Positions 27,001 through 34,826 of a DNA stretch of 64,000 bases are shown here, in pieces; position 1 is the first letter of the stretch; each line of letters opens with the position of its first letter. Position numbers and translations under genes: made by a program. This stretch comes from an uncultured Candidatus Saccharibacteria bacterium (lineage in GTDB: Bacteria > Patescibacteriota > Saccharimonadia > Saccharimonadales > CAZDBS01): the NCBI GenBank assembly GCA_964503775.1, contig CAZDBS010000002.1, forward strand, positions 3,542 through 67,541, read 5' to 3'. The notes below the pieces were generated by a model. It ran no database searches. It was not told the DNA's origin and was given only the letters and a program-made list of their open reading frames with translations.

Positions 27001-27178
27001 CGTACCAACGCCACTTCGACAACAAGTACTGATGCGGCCGCTTAGCGGCATGGTGATGGACCAATCCAGCGCTTCTAAGAACAGCTAGGTGAGATTTTTT
27101 TAGAACCAAAGACATAGCACGCCCCAACAGCGCTACTATACTTCGACATCTTGATCTTACTCGAGAGATGACCCTCAC
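21095..27178 (-). CDS. giant (about 2000 aa) membrane-anchored surface protein with a LamG-like domain, about 14 propeller-like repeats and multiple FN3/Ig-like domains
   Basis: A single 6.1-kb ORF with a TM at aa 74-90. LamG_3-like strings TIEAWTKF (aa ~203) and WHHIAATYDGSTMKLYIDG...GSLDELRISS (aa ~984). About 50-aa repeats of the form GG.G.N..W...YE.V.S....G.LYAGLG....DAEVW.W.G..W. The C-terminal half holds FN3-like modules (e.g. VSISWSTDRNSDSKIAIG). An ATG at 27115 is an alternative to GTG 27178. Confidence 0.85.
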   Translation of the reverse strand: MRVISRVRSRCRSIVALLGRAMSLVLKKSHLAVLRSAGLVHHHAAKRPHQYLLSKWRWYDRWHAWDKHPHVHYSVLALYILGVFIVVLNSYGAVRALSDLSDVWDFSDTDPYTLDSGLEASGSSIRLKAQNYTSDANTSALYHFDHSSGTSLEDSSPNTNNATTASAPTWIAGNLNNAATLNGTSQNFSAPDSGSLSLSQNNTIEAWTKFSSTFSSTSHSQKQGVVDKGAFKMYYDQETGKITYELANSTATTWTQRAGNDINGSWDLNGKLAVNAQQYIGSNLYVGLGNAVGDAEVWKWDGSTWSQVGGDGKNSSWADLTFENVTTLNYSGNILYAGLGSTAGDAEVWSCDTSTGCASWTKIGGDGINSGWAVNTYEEVDSMTVMGGNLYVGLGLSANDARVYRWNGSAWTWVGGFGIGAPYNAFTTGYEAIYGMSNDGTNVYVAMGSTAGDADIWRLNGTTWTQIGGDTLNSSWASSTYETGISLRYFGSNLYVGLGTTAGDAEVWMYNGSTWAKIGGDTVNSSWDASSYEGVYSFADDGTNLYAGLGASAGDNEVYRWNGSAWAKIGGDGVNSGFANTHTVVQSLLYANSTLYAGLQATGNNSEVWSFNGTTWTLIGGGYVNNSWGFYNLQSVEVMTVSGGYLYAGTGNTVAGNAMVWRFDGSTWQIVGGQGINGSWAAKTYENVLSMVSYGGNLYVGLGTTANDAEVWRWDGSTWLKIGGDSLNNGWTTNFEEVSSLATYGGNLYAGIGNSANDAEVWRWDGSTWLKIGGDSLNNGWTTSFERVASMAVYGGNLYAGLGASANDAEVWSWNGSVWNKVGGDGVNSSWNTVYEQVESLMPYNGELYAGLGNSTADAEVWKYNGTTWTQIGGDGLNNGWTDGQYEQTKTLVVYNGKLYAGLGNSIGDGEVWEFNSGNWSKIGGGGINSGWAANIIETVQSFSVYKGKLYAGLGNTANSDAQIWSYGNNGFLQSATVGQDTAWHHIAATYDGSTMKLYIDGVVDSQVGASLTIPDTAQSLLIGSTFGSSEAGIGQGYFTGSLDELRISSSVRPGFTTKPYTISPQSITLNSAVRTSGVWSWDNFTADEVPAGGTVMYRLSIDSGTTWEYWDGDSWSTSSSISEVSTAADIDTNISTLPVGFNGIKWQAVLTGNGNQQVALNSVTLAATSDTTAPATNAANITALKAAGGSSLSQNAWTNGSSPYFSWDAGTDAESGIMGYCLYLGTDNTADPVTTKGILGTSPVTTDNHCQFIIGSASIDTSTAGYIATALSTSNSPYYLTIKTIDKAGNITTGSTQFHFRFDNTAPGNPGYITVPAGYINTKTTTLTWPSVGAGSPSDANSGLAGLQYRIGATTWYGDSHTGTGDSGDLLTNDGSYTTQNSPDFANIIEGVNTVYVRTWDQAGNVTTSYTTAALKVNTSSAPSAPQGLTPSPSSNTTNAFSFSWFAPSTFVGNENSLTYCYTFNALPSESTCIFTNSGTTSLGSGAYATQPGINTVYVVAKDESGNINYSNYVQADFTANTTAPGIPRNADIVDVSIKATSNWRLALTWDPPSSVGAGIASYKVYRSIDNSTFSFVGSSSSTTYIDAGLTQQTYYYRVRACDSTNNCGADSTVVDALPTGKFTSPATLVAEPVVSDITTRKVSISWSTDRNSDSKIAIGTKSGEYSASEIGNSDQVSAHQINLDNLAAGTTYYFVCKWTDEDGNTGTSQEYVFTTAPAPTLKEVSAIRVGLTSATIQFTSKDASKVSVYFGKSEAYGGIESVNTSFSESTYSVELTGLDDGVKYFYKLVSLDGEGNSYEGNVASFTTPPRPRITNLRFQPVSGEPTSTQMVSWETNVPSNTMASYGIVGGRTVDSQISDLVTKHEIVIRDLQDDSQYTLIAQSRDEAGNLAVSDQQSFRTALDTRPPKISNISVEPSIRGVGAEARGQVVVSWHTDEPASSQVTYAEGSGAKSFSSKTAEDTSLSTEHVVIVSDLPTSKVYSVLPVSRDRSGNAGTGEVQPAIIGRASDSVLTIVLDTLRKVFGF
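24275..26386 (-). repeat. in-frame array of about 14 degenerate ~150-nt (50-aa) coding repeats inside the giant gene
   Basis: Periodicity read from the translation (aa ~265-968). Kelch/propeller-blade-like length and an alternating hydrophobic pattern. Confidence 0.7.
24777..25063 (-). repeat. near-identical tandem duplication of one 150-nt repeat unit
   Basis: 83 nt at 24831-24913 are identical to 24981-25063. CCGGCATACAGGTTGCCGCCATA recurs at 24777 and 24927, with an offset of exactly 150 nt. Confidence 0.9.
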
Positions 27179-27419
27179 GAAATATAACCCCGTAATTCTC
27201 GATTCTAGTGACCGCCTATAACATAACCATCATACCATATTTTAAGATGTAAATGGCTGTTTCTCAACACGAGCACATCACAAGTAGCCCATGCCAGTGA
27301 CCTATGTCACTGACAAATTTACAAAGTTCACCAATAATCGAGGTGGTAAGAGGAGGTAGACATGGAACAAAGCATCACACAAACACTTGGTAGGCAATAC
27401 ATAATGAGTGGAGGTGTTT

Positions 27420-27587
27420 ATGAGGAGGTTTCATGTTCACGTAAAACCAACACCGGTGGATAAACTCAAGTTAGATGATTTTTACTACGAGGTGACCCAT
27501 GATTGGGAACACAAGGCTGAGGCGCTAAGAGCGCGTCGCTGGCGAGCGCTGAGACGAGCTGAAAGGGGGCGTTATGCAACTCGTTAG
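27420..27587 (+). CDS. possible 55-aa Arg-rich small ORF overlapping the hsp20 start
   Basis: ATG 27420 is preceded by GGAGGTG and encodes MRRFHVHVKPTPVDKLKLDDFYYEVTHDWEHKAEALRARRWRALRRAERGRYATR*. It ends 14 nt inside hsp20 and is below the track's size cutoff. Confidence 0.25.
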   Translation: MRRFHVHVKPTPVDKLKLDDFYYEVTHDWEHKAEALRARRWRALRRAERGRYATR

Positions 27588-27987
27588 ATTTGATCCATTT
27601 CGTGATATCGAGAAGAATTTTGAGAAATTATGGGGCCGCGGGTGGGCGAGCCTGCCGACTTTCTCCGAAACAGCCGTCATGGACATGTATGAAGAAGACG
27701 GCAAGTTGGTCGCGGAGTTGACGCTACCAAACTTTAGCAAAGACGAAGTCAAGGTAAGCTCAGATAAAGATGCGTTGGAGATATCTGCTGAGCACAAAGA
27801 AAAAGAGGAGACGAAAGGCAAACGACGCTACTACTTTCGTGAAAGTAGTGACCAATTCTTACGTCGAGTGACTTTGCCAGAGGGAGTTGATGCAGACAAG
27901 GCGGTAGCGAGCTTCAAAAATAGCATCTTGAAGATTACTATGCCGATCAAAGCGTCCGAAAAAGCTAAGACAGTCCGGGTCACCTAA
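27574..27987 (+). CDS. Hsp20/alpha-crystallin family small heat-shock protein
   Basis: FDPFRDIEKNF at the N-terminus and an alpha-crystallin domain (MDMYEEDGKLVAELTLPNFSKDEVKV...LRRVTLPEGVDADKAVASFKNSILKITMP). Confidence 0.9.
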   Translation: MQLVRFDPFRDIEKNFEKLWGRGWASLPTFSETAVMDMYEEDGKLVAELTLPNFSKDEVKVSSDKDALEISAEHKEKEETKGKRRYYFRESSDQFLRRVTLPEGVDADKAVASFKNSILKITMPIKASEKAKTVRVT

Positions 27988-28005
27988 AGCGAAAGGGGGC
28001 GTGCT

Positions 28006-28530
28006 ATGTACGCTGCAAATTACCTCCCCAAGAGATATATGTCAGAATCAACCACCGGCTGTTGTCCGCCGTTTCATCCCAGGTTGTGGGACGGGGAGAC
28101 GTTCAGGTTCGACAACAAACTATTCATGAGATTTACAACTCGAAGCTTCATGCATATACCGCTCAACATGGGATCGGTTATGCGAAGAGTACTGACCTCT
28201 GTTCATGAGGCTGGAGCCGATAACGAAGAAGAATATCTGATGCTTTCAGACGAAGTATCACCCTGGAGGGGCGAACACTATCTAGCCGTGACTCGTGAGG
28301 TTCCTGACGCCGAGATGGTTCGCTTGAGTGGCACATATATTGCCAAGGTGTTTGAGGGTAAGTTCAAAGACATGAAGAAATGGCATCAGCAGTTAGTCGA
28401 CTATGTGAAGTCCATAGGCGCCACCCCAATCAAGACTTACTTCTGCTATACAACATGTCCGGCCTGTGCCAAGGACTACGGCAAAAACTATGTCGTTGGT
28501 TTCGAGCAGGTAGCTCCGGCGGGAGGATAG
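28006..28530 (+). CDS. conserved-looking Cys-rich hypothetical protein
   Basis: 174 aa with CC (TGCCPPFHP) near the N-terminus and CxxC (TTCPACAKDYG) near the C-terminus. A GGGGG RBS is present. Family not recognised. Confidence 0.5.
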   Translation: MYAANYLPKRYMSESTTGCCPPFHPRLWDGETFRFDNKLFMRFTTRSFMHIPLNMGSVMRRVLTSVHEAGADNEEEYLMLSDEVSPWRGEHYLAVTREVPDAEMVRLSGTYIAKVFEGKFKDMKKWHQQLVDYVKSIGATPIKTYFCYTTCPACAKDYGKNYVVGFEQVAPAGG

Positions 28531-28534
28531 TTCC

Positions 28535-29194
28535 ATGTATCAAGACAGAGTTGATGCTGGTCAACGGCTCGCTAAAGCCTTAGCGAGCCACCGAGATCAG
28601 GACGTCGTTGTTCTCGCTTTGCCAAGAGGTGGTGTAGTGTTGGGGGCGGAGGTAGCCAGGGAGCTTCGTGCCCCACTTGGAGTAGTGCTCGTTCGCAAGA
28701 TCGGCCACCCCTCTCATGCCGAGTATGCCATCGGCGCCGTAGCTGAGGATGAGAAGCCGCTCTACAACGAGAAAGAGCTAGCTTCGATAGACGATGAGTG
28801 GCTCAGGAGTGCAGTAACTTCAGCTAGGGAGCTCATTCGCAAACGACGCGAGCTGTATTATGACGGCTTCTTGCCGCCGGACATCACCGGTAAAACAGTC
28901 ATATTGGTCGATGATGGCATCGCGACTGGGCTAACTATGGAAGCGGCGCTTTTGTGGGTACATAATCGAAAACCCCTTCGGGTAATTGTTGCTGTACCAG
29001 TTGCTTCTCTCGAAAGTGCTCATACCATACCGCTACAGTCTGATGACTTTGTGGTTCTTGAAGATCCAAAGGATTTCCGAGGAGCCGTCGGTGCCCACTA
29101 CCAGCTATTCGATCAAGTAACTGACGAGGAAGTCAAAACGACTCTTAGGGAGGTAAATCATGACATACGCAAGACAACTACCTCAACTCGATGA
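28535..29194 (+). CDS. phosphoribosyltransferase-family protein
   Basis: PRPP-binding loop VILVDDGIATGLTM, 219 aa. This is the architecture typical of the PRTase partner found with dienelactone hydrolase-type proteins in actinobacterial stress loci. Confidence 0.75.
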   Translation: MYQDRVDAGQRLAKALASHRDQDVVVLALPRGGVVLGAEVARELRAPLGVVLVRKIGHPSHAEYAIGAVAEDEKPLYNEKELASIDDEWLRSAVTSARELIRKRRELYYDGFLPPDITGKTVILVDDGIATGLTMEAALLWVHNRKPLRVIVAVPVASLESAHTIPLQSDDFVVLEDPKDFRGAVGAHYQLFDQVTDEEVKTTLREVNHDIRKTTTSTR

Positions 29195-29438
29195 ATTGTG
29201 CCAACTTGCACGCCAAATGGATGAATTTCCGGCCACTGTAGAAGATGTTATCAAGATCGCTACCGACCAAGGGTATGGCGACCATGTCCTGCATTTCCTT
29301 AAATTGTTTTCTGTAGGAAACCAGTTGGCCACATTCCAAAGCCGGGCTGAATTTTACACGCGCGCCGCTGAGCTGGCCATGATCATATGTGATGAACGTG
29401 AGCAGCCTGCCGAACAATTGCTAAGTCCGCAAAACTAG
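29160..29438 (+). CDS. DUF2795-like protein
   Basis: MDEFPATVEDVIKIATDQGYGDHVLHFLKLF follows the DUF2795 pattern (dFPA.k.dli..A...ga...v...l). The start could instead be ATG 29217. Confidence 0.5.
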   Translation: MTYARQLPQLDELCQLARQMDEFPATVEDVIKIATDQGYGDHVLHFLKLFSVGNQLATFQSRAEFYTRAAELAMIICDEREQPAEQLLSPQN

Positions 29439-29446
29439 GGGGATAT

Positions 29447-30292
29447 ATGATCCGTCTACCAAATCACAAAGAGTATCAAGAGCTAAAGAGTTTCAAACAA
29501 CCATTCTGTCTCACCGTTTACGCGCCTTTCATCGAGCCAAACTCGACAGACAACCCGAATAGGATAGAACTAAAAAACCTGCTGCGAGAAGCCGAGATCG
29601 CGCTGCGATCAGCCGGCCTATCGGCACGCCGGACGGAGAAAACGATTCGCCCCGCCAGGGAGCTGCTTGAAAGTCACGAATTCTGGCCGATTCAACACGA
29701 AAGCCTGGCTCTGTTCATGCATCCCAAACTATTTCGGTGCTATCATCTCCCGGACGGTACCACGCCTTACCTGCTGACGGTCGAGAGAGGATTCAACCTG
29801 GAGCCCCTCGAGACCACTATGTTGGACGATGAATCATATTTTGTTCTCGCCTTGAGCCACAAAAACGTCAAACTATTCAGGGGAGATCGTTATAAACTTC
29901 AAGCGGTTCACCTCAAGAACCTGCCATCCGACATGGTCAAAGAACTCAAAATTGATGAGTTTCCGAATTGGCGAGAGACGCACGCGATAGCACCGGCTTA
30001 CATGGGCAAGGGCTCAGAAGCCTATCACGGTCAGTACAACGTAAGTCAAACTGATAAAGACATGTTGCTGCGCTTTTTCCGTCGCATTGACACTAGACTA
30101 CATCCCTACCTACGCTCCAGGCAGTCACCTCTCATCTTGGCGGGAGTGAGCTACCTTGCGCCTATTTACCGGAAGGCCAATACATTCCCCTACTTGCTTT
30201 CTAAAAGTATCAGCGGGAACACGGAGCACATGACACCCACTATGCTACACAGCAAAGCGTGGTCACTAGTCAGTAAAGGAGAAGCGCTATGA
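29447..30292 (+). CDS. baeRF-like protein (bacterial archaeo-eukaryotic release-factor-1-like family), tentative
   Basis: 281 aa. The N-terminal LKSFKQPFCLTVYAPF resembles the pvlS.YLp start of baeRF families as I remember them. Its context (PRTase plus alpha/beta hydrolase) matches what I recall for those families. Confidence 0.4.
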   Translation: MIRLPNHKEYQELKSFKQPFCLTVYAPFIEPNSTDNPNRIELKNLLREAEIALRSAGLSARRTEKTIRPARELLESHEFWPIQHESLALFMHPKLFRCYHLPDGTTPYLLTVERGFNLEPLETTMLDDESYFVLALSHKNVKLFRGDRYKLQAVHLKNLPSDMVKELKIDEFPNWRETHAIAPAYMGKGSEAYHGQYNVSQTDKDMLLRFFRRIDTRLHPYLRSRQSPLILAGVSYLAPIYRKANTFPYLLSKSISGNTEHMTPTMLHSKAWSLVSKGEAL

Positions 30293-30954
30293 AATCGTTG
30301 CTGTCAGATCGTATCCAAACGTCTATTGTCGACATACCGATTAATAAACATACGCTGGAGAGCGAGCTCACCGTCCCAGCCGAAGCCATCGGGTTAGTTA
30401 TATTCGCCCATGGCAGCGGCAGCAGCCGACACAGCCCACGTAACAAACATGTGGCCAATAGACTCGTTCAGGACTCCCTGGCAACCCTGTTGGTCGATCT
30501 CTTGACCGAAGAAGAAGATATAAACTATCAGACGCGATTTGATATCGAGTTGCTCGCCGAGCGTCTCACGGCGATTACCGACTGGGCTACTCACGATGCA
30601 CGAACCGAACACCTTTCGATCGGTTATTTTGGGGCGAGTACCGGTGCGGCGGCGGCACTATTTGCAGCTAGAGGAGCCGAGGATACCATTAAAGCCGTGG
30701 TATCACGTGGTGGCCGTGTGGATTTGGCGAACGAGGTCATCAAAGACTTGAGAGTGCCGACGTTGCTCATCGTGGGCCAAGAAGACTATGGTGTTCGCGA
30801 AGCCAACGAAGAGACATTTCTCTGCCTCACCTGTCCAAAAGAACTAGCCGTGATCCCTCATGCTACCCATCTATTCGAGGAGCCGGGTACACTACGGCGC
30901 GTGGCCGATCTGGCTGCCGATTGGTTCACTAAATACATAGGAGGAAGAGCATGA
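30289..30954 (+). CDS. dienelactone hydrolase-type alpha/beta hydrolase
   Basis: VIFAHGSGSSRHSPRN, the nucleophile elbow GYFGASTGAAAAL, and VVSRGGRVDLA and ATHLFEEPG. ATGA-type overlap with the upstream gene. Confidence 0.75.
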   Translation: MKSLLSDRIQTSIVDIPINKHTLESELTVPAEAIGLVIFAHGSGSSRHSPRNKHVANRLVQDSLATLLVDLLTEEEDINYQTRFDIELLAERLTAITDWATHDARTEHLSIGYFGASTGAAAALFAARGAEDTIKAVVSRGGRVDLANEVIKDLRVPTLLIVGQEDYGVREANEETFLCLTCPKELAVIPHATHLFEEPGTLRRVADLAADWFTKYIGGRA

Positions 30955-31427
30955 TACGGTATATTTACACATTTTTCGTCGGACTGTTCTTAGCAATATT
31001 TGTTGGTATGGGCATAGCTGTCTTCTACGAAGCACCAAAATCTCCTGAGCCACCGACATGGTATCAGTCCAATCTCGGCAAGGAGGGGCCAAACGATATC
31101 GAAAAACAACAAGAGCAAGCCTACCTTGCTGAGCAGAAAGTCTATGACAAACAGCTCTGGCACTACAACAAGAATGTCTCAATCATTGTCTTGGCTTGCG
31201 CCGTGGCTATACTAGCAATCTCCCTCCTACTCACCGACAAGCTAGGAATTATAGCTGACGGCATACTGCTCGGCGGCATTTTTACCCTCTTGTATGGTAT
31301 AGGCCGTGGTATGGCGACCGACAGCAATAAGTATCGTTTCGTTATTGCATCGGTTGGACTTGTAACCACGCTACTTCTTGGGTATGTCAAATTTACCCGC
31401 CACGAACATCAGGCCATAAAGTCATGA
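30951..31427 (+). CDS. 4-TM membrane protein of unknown function
   Basis: 158-aa ORF overlapping the hydrolase stop, with hydrophobic segments at both ends. Confidence 0.5.
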   Translation: MIRYIYTFFVGLFLAIFVGMGIAVFYEAPKSPEPPTWYQSNLGKEGPNDIEKQQEQAYLAEQKVYDKQLWHYNKNVSIIVLACAVAILAISLLLTDKLGIIADGILLGGIFTLLYGIGRGMATDSNKYRFVIASVGLVTTLLLGYVKFTRHEHQAIKS

Positions 31428-31463
31428 TGTAAATCCCGCGTCTAGTTACGCTACAATGTAGTC

Positions 31464-32516
31464 ATGCATAAGCCAAATGGCTTCTCTGGTGTTTTGTTCG
31501 TCGTATGTATTGTGGTGTTTGGCTTGTTAATCGCTGTTGGCTGGAGAGTAGTGAATCAACAACTATCACGCTCCACCACCCCGACCAAGCAATCTTCGAC
31601 TCAGACCGTGTCAGATACATCGGAATCTACAGCCACACAAAAGGGTGTCAGTTTGACGCCTCGTAGTTTCAGCGTCTCCGACCTCAATACGTTTTATGAC
31701 AACGCCGAAACGACTGGAACATTGCTCAGCTGGGCTGGGCCATGGAACACATTGTCGACAGGACGCTCAGTCCAGAAAACTGCTAGCAAACACTCCCTGA
31801 AATTGATCGCTGTCATCGGTATTCACCGAGAAACTAATGGTAAACTTCAGCCTGTTGTGACCTTTGATGAAACGACCAAACAACAGTTCATCACCGCCAT
31901 TTCTGATTTTGCCGCTGACACTAAACCCGCATACATCAGTCTCGGCAACGAAATCAACCGGATCAAAGAGCAGTTGCCAAATGATTACACGATGCTCATA
32001 TCACTTTTCAGTGATACAACAGCCGCCATCAAACAAAAATCACCAAACACAAAAGTATTTACTGTTTTCCAGTACGAGCGGCTCAATGGCCTGCGAGGAG
32101 GACTGTTTGGTGGCATAAACGACGAAACCAAAAACGACTGGCAATCACTGAAGGATTTTGACTACCTAGACGTAATCGCCTTCACGAGCTACCCGTATCT
32201 GATTTACAAAAACCCCGAGAATATACCAGCTGATTATTACACTCGAATTACTTCCCACACCACCAAGCCCGTGGCCTTCACGGAAGTTGGTTGGCCAAGC
32301 GGCGTCGAGGCCACGGGTTATGAGAGCAGTTCAGCGGAGCAGCGACGCTACCTTACGACACTGCCAGGACTCCTCAAAAACACGAACACACAGTTTGTGA
32401 TTTGGCCTTTCATGTTTGATCAGGCAGCTCCCAAGCCATTTCAGAGTATTGGTCTAATCGAGTCATCAGGCGCCCCCAAGCCATCGTACCTAGATTGGCA
32501 AAAAGTTTCGTTTTAG
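31464..32516 (+). CDS. membrane-anchored TIM-barrel glycoside hydrolase-like protein (clan GH-A pattern)
   Basis: An N-terminal TM and S/T linker. The candidate acid/base string is ISLGNEIN and the candidate nucleophile string is FTEVGWPS, with the spacing expected of GH-A enzymes. Confidence 0.45.
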   Translation: MHKPNGFSGVLFVVCIVVFGLLIAVGWRVVNQQLSRSTTPTKQSSTQTVSDTSESTATQKGVSLTPRSFSVSDLNTFYDNAETTGTLLSWAGPWNTLSTGRSVQKTASKHSLKLIAVIGIHRETNGKLQPVVTFDETTKQQFITAISDFAADTKPAYISLGNEINRIKEQLPNDYTMLISLFSDTTAAIKQKSPNTKVFTVFQYERLNGLRGGLFGGINDETKNDWQSLKDFDYLDVIAFTSYPYLIYKNPENIPADYYTRITSHTTKPVAFTEVGWPSGVEATGYESSSAEQRRYLTTLPGLLKNTNTQFVIWPFMFDQAAPKPFQSIGLIESSGAPKPSYLDWQKVSF

Positions 32517-32567
32517 CTTCCACAGATTAGTTTTGATATGATGAGGTCAACTGAATAGGAGGTTAGT

Positions 32568-34823
32568 ATGTCTAAACGTAAGCGAAATTTTAGCCTGGAA
32601 AATTTGGCAAAGGCTTCAAGTATCTACCCGTGGCGAGTCATCGCATTCTGGGTTTTATTCTTGATAACTATGGGGTTTGCTAGCAGCCGTTTGCTAGCCG
32701 ATAACTTATCCCAAGATACGTCATTCACCAACAACCCTGAGTCCGTCCAAGCTCAGAAAATTATCGATGATAAGTTCACCGTCGGCAACAAAGTTACTTC
32801 GACAGAATTCATCATCGTTCAGTCCACTACACATACCGTCGACGATGACGCATTTAAAGCACTCGTCGAAGACCTAGGAGGGAAAGTCAACAAACTCGGC
32901 ACCGATACACTCGCCAACCCAGTACCTACATACTATTCAATCGCTGAACAAAACCCCGACCAAGCCAACAGTCTCGTCTCCCAAGATCGCCATACGACAC
33001 TCATACCTATTGGTCTAAAAAATCAGAAAACCTCGAACATCGAATCGATCCGAGAGATTGCCGAGCATCCACCAACCGGATTCACCGTTCAGGTCGCCGG
33101 AGCTGGCACTTTGGGCGCTGATTTCTCGACTATCGCCGAGGAGGATCTCAAAAAAGGTGAGATGATCGGCATAGCCGTAGCTCTCATCGTACTCGTTATT
33201 GTCTTCGGATCCATCGTAGCGGCTATCGTACCGGTCATCATGGGCATGTTTGCGATTAGTGTCACTCTGGGACTAGTGGCACTGATCGGTGAGCTAGTCC
33301 ATTTCAACCTGTTCGTAACCAACATGGTTAGTATGATCGGCTTGGCTGTAGGTATCGACTACTCCCTGTTCATCGTGTCGCGGTATCGAGAGGAGCGCAA
33401 AAAAGGCTTCGACAAACTTGGGGCCATCGCTGCGACAGGGGCGACTGCTAACCGAGCGGTATTCTTCAGCGGACTGACTGTCGTCCTGGCACTACTTGGC
33501 ATGATGATCATCCCTGTCACTATCTTCCGTAGCCTAGCTGGTGGCGCCATCCTGGTCACGGTGACAGCTCTGGCGGCATCCACCACTCTTCTGCCAGCAG
33601 TTCTGTCGCTTTTGGGTGATAAGATCAACTGGCCCCGTTTGTCCAAGCGGGCTCGTCTGGATTCGTCATACGATCCGAAGGGTGGATTCTGGGACAAAAC
33701 CACTCGCTTGGTCATGAAATACCCTCTCGTATTCCTCGTCGCCAGCGTGCTCGTCTTGGGCGGGGTTGGTTCGTATTACTTCCAGCTCAACCGCGGTACA
33801 TCACAAAATGTCAGCCAACTGCCTGATGACTTTCCTTCCAAAAAAGCCTTCCTAACCCTTGAGAAAGAATTTACGGGGGGACTGGCTGATCCAGCCAAAA
33901 TCGTTATATCTGGTGATGTTCAAAACACCAGAGTTACTGATGCCATAGCTTCACTTCGCCAGAAAATTAGCACCAATGGGGCGTTTGCTGATCAATCAAC
34001 GCTGACGACGAGTAAAGACGGCGGATCGATTGTAGTAGATGCTTATTTTAAAGGTGACCCACAATCCAACGAAGCTGCTGCAACGATCCGCTCACTTCGT
34101 AAAGACACAGTAGCCCCACTGTTTGAAGGCATTCCCAATGTTACCGCCCAAGTTGGTGGTAGCACAGCTTTCTTCACTGATTTCCTGGATATCGCCAACC
34201 GCTACCAGGGGATCGTCCTGGCGTTTGTCCTGACTCTGTCGTTCCTGCTCCTAACAGTCGTCTTCCGGTCGATCGTGTTACCGATCAAAGCGATCATCAT
34301 GAATCTATTGTCAGTCGGTGCAGCCTATGGTGCGGTTACGCTCGTATTTCAAAAAGGTGTCGGCATCGGGTTTTTCAACTCGCTTGGCTTTAAATTCCAG
34401 CAAACCGATGCCATCGAGGCCTGGCTCCCGCTGTTCCTATTCTCGGTACTCTTCGGTTTATCGATGGACTATCATGTGTTTCTCCTAACCCGTATCCGAG
34501 AGGAATTTGATAAGACCAAAGACAACACCGAAGCGGTGGCCTATGGTCTCCGTACTACCGCTGGCATCATCACCGGCGCCGCTCTGATCATGGTAGCCGT
34601 CTTCACCGGTTTTGCAGCCGGACGTCTAGGACCACTCCAACAAATGGGCTTTGGTCTAGCCGTATCAGTCTTGATGGACGCCACAATCGTCCGCTCACTG
34701 CTAGTTCCAGCCTCGATGCGACTGCTTGGCAACGCTAACTGGTATCTACCCAAGTGGCTGAACTGGTTACCCAGTGTCAATGTCGAAGGTCACGAACCGT
34801 CTCTCAACAAGTCCAAGAGTTAG
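32568..34823 (+). CDS. MMPL-family (RND superfamily) transporter
   Basis: 751 aa with two 6-TM bundles, each carrying the MMPL motif (GIDYSLFIVSRYREE and SMDYHVFLLTRIREE), separated by soluble loops. Confidence 0.85.
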   Translation: MSKRKRNFSLENLAKASSIYPWRVIAFWVLFLITMGFASSRLLADNLSQDTSFTNNPESVQAQKIIDDKFTVGNKVTSTEFIIVQSTTHTVDDDAFKALVEDLGGKVNKLGTDTLANPVPTYYSIAEQNPDQANSLVSQDRHTTLIPIGLKNQKTSNIESIREIAEHPPTGFTVQVAGAGTLGADFSTIAEEDLKKGEMIGIAVALIVLVIVFGSIVAAIVPVIMGMFAISVTLGLVALIGELVHFNLFVTNMVSMIGLAVGIDYSLFIVSRYREERKKGFDKLGAIAATGATANRAVFFSGLTVVLALLGMMIIPVTIFRSLAGGAILVTVTALAASTTLLPAVLSLLGDKINWPRLSKRARLDSSYDPKGGFWDKTTRLVMKYPLVFLVASVLVLGGVGSYYFQLNRGTSQNVSQLPDDFPSKKAFLTLEKEFTGGLADPAKIVISGDVQNTRVTDAIASLRQKISTNGAFADQSTLTTSKDGGSIVVDAYFKGDPQSNEAAATIRSLRKDTVAPLFEGIPNVTAQVGGSTAFFTDFLDIANRYQGIVLAFVLTLSFLLLTVVFRSIVLPIKAIIMNLLSVGAAYGAVTLVFQKGVGIGFFNSLGFKFQQTDAIEAWLPLFLFSVLFGLSMDYHVFLLTRIREEFDKTKDNTEAVAYGLRTTAGIITGAALIMVAVFTGFAAGRLGPLQQMGFGLAVSVLMDATIVRSLLVPASMRLLGNANWYLPKWLNWLPSVNVEGHEPSLNKSKS

Positions 34824-34826
34824 GTA

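Noticed and set aside
27295-27312. Perfect inverted repeat CAGTGAC-CTAT-GTCACTG between the giant gene and the hsp20 cluster, possibly an operator.
   Set aside because: It is short and isolated, with no adjacent regulator gene and no second copy seen. Chance occurrence or a small hairpin cannot be excluded.
33089-34780. Antisense ORFs (78-118 aa) inside the MMPL transporter gene.
   Set aside because: They are typical antisense shadows of a GC-richer membrane-protein gene. The plus-strand MMPL call is strongly supported by duplicated signature motifs.
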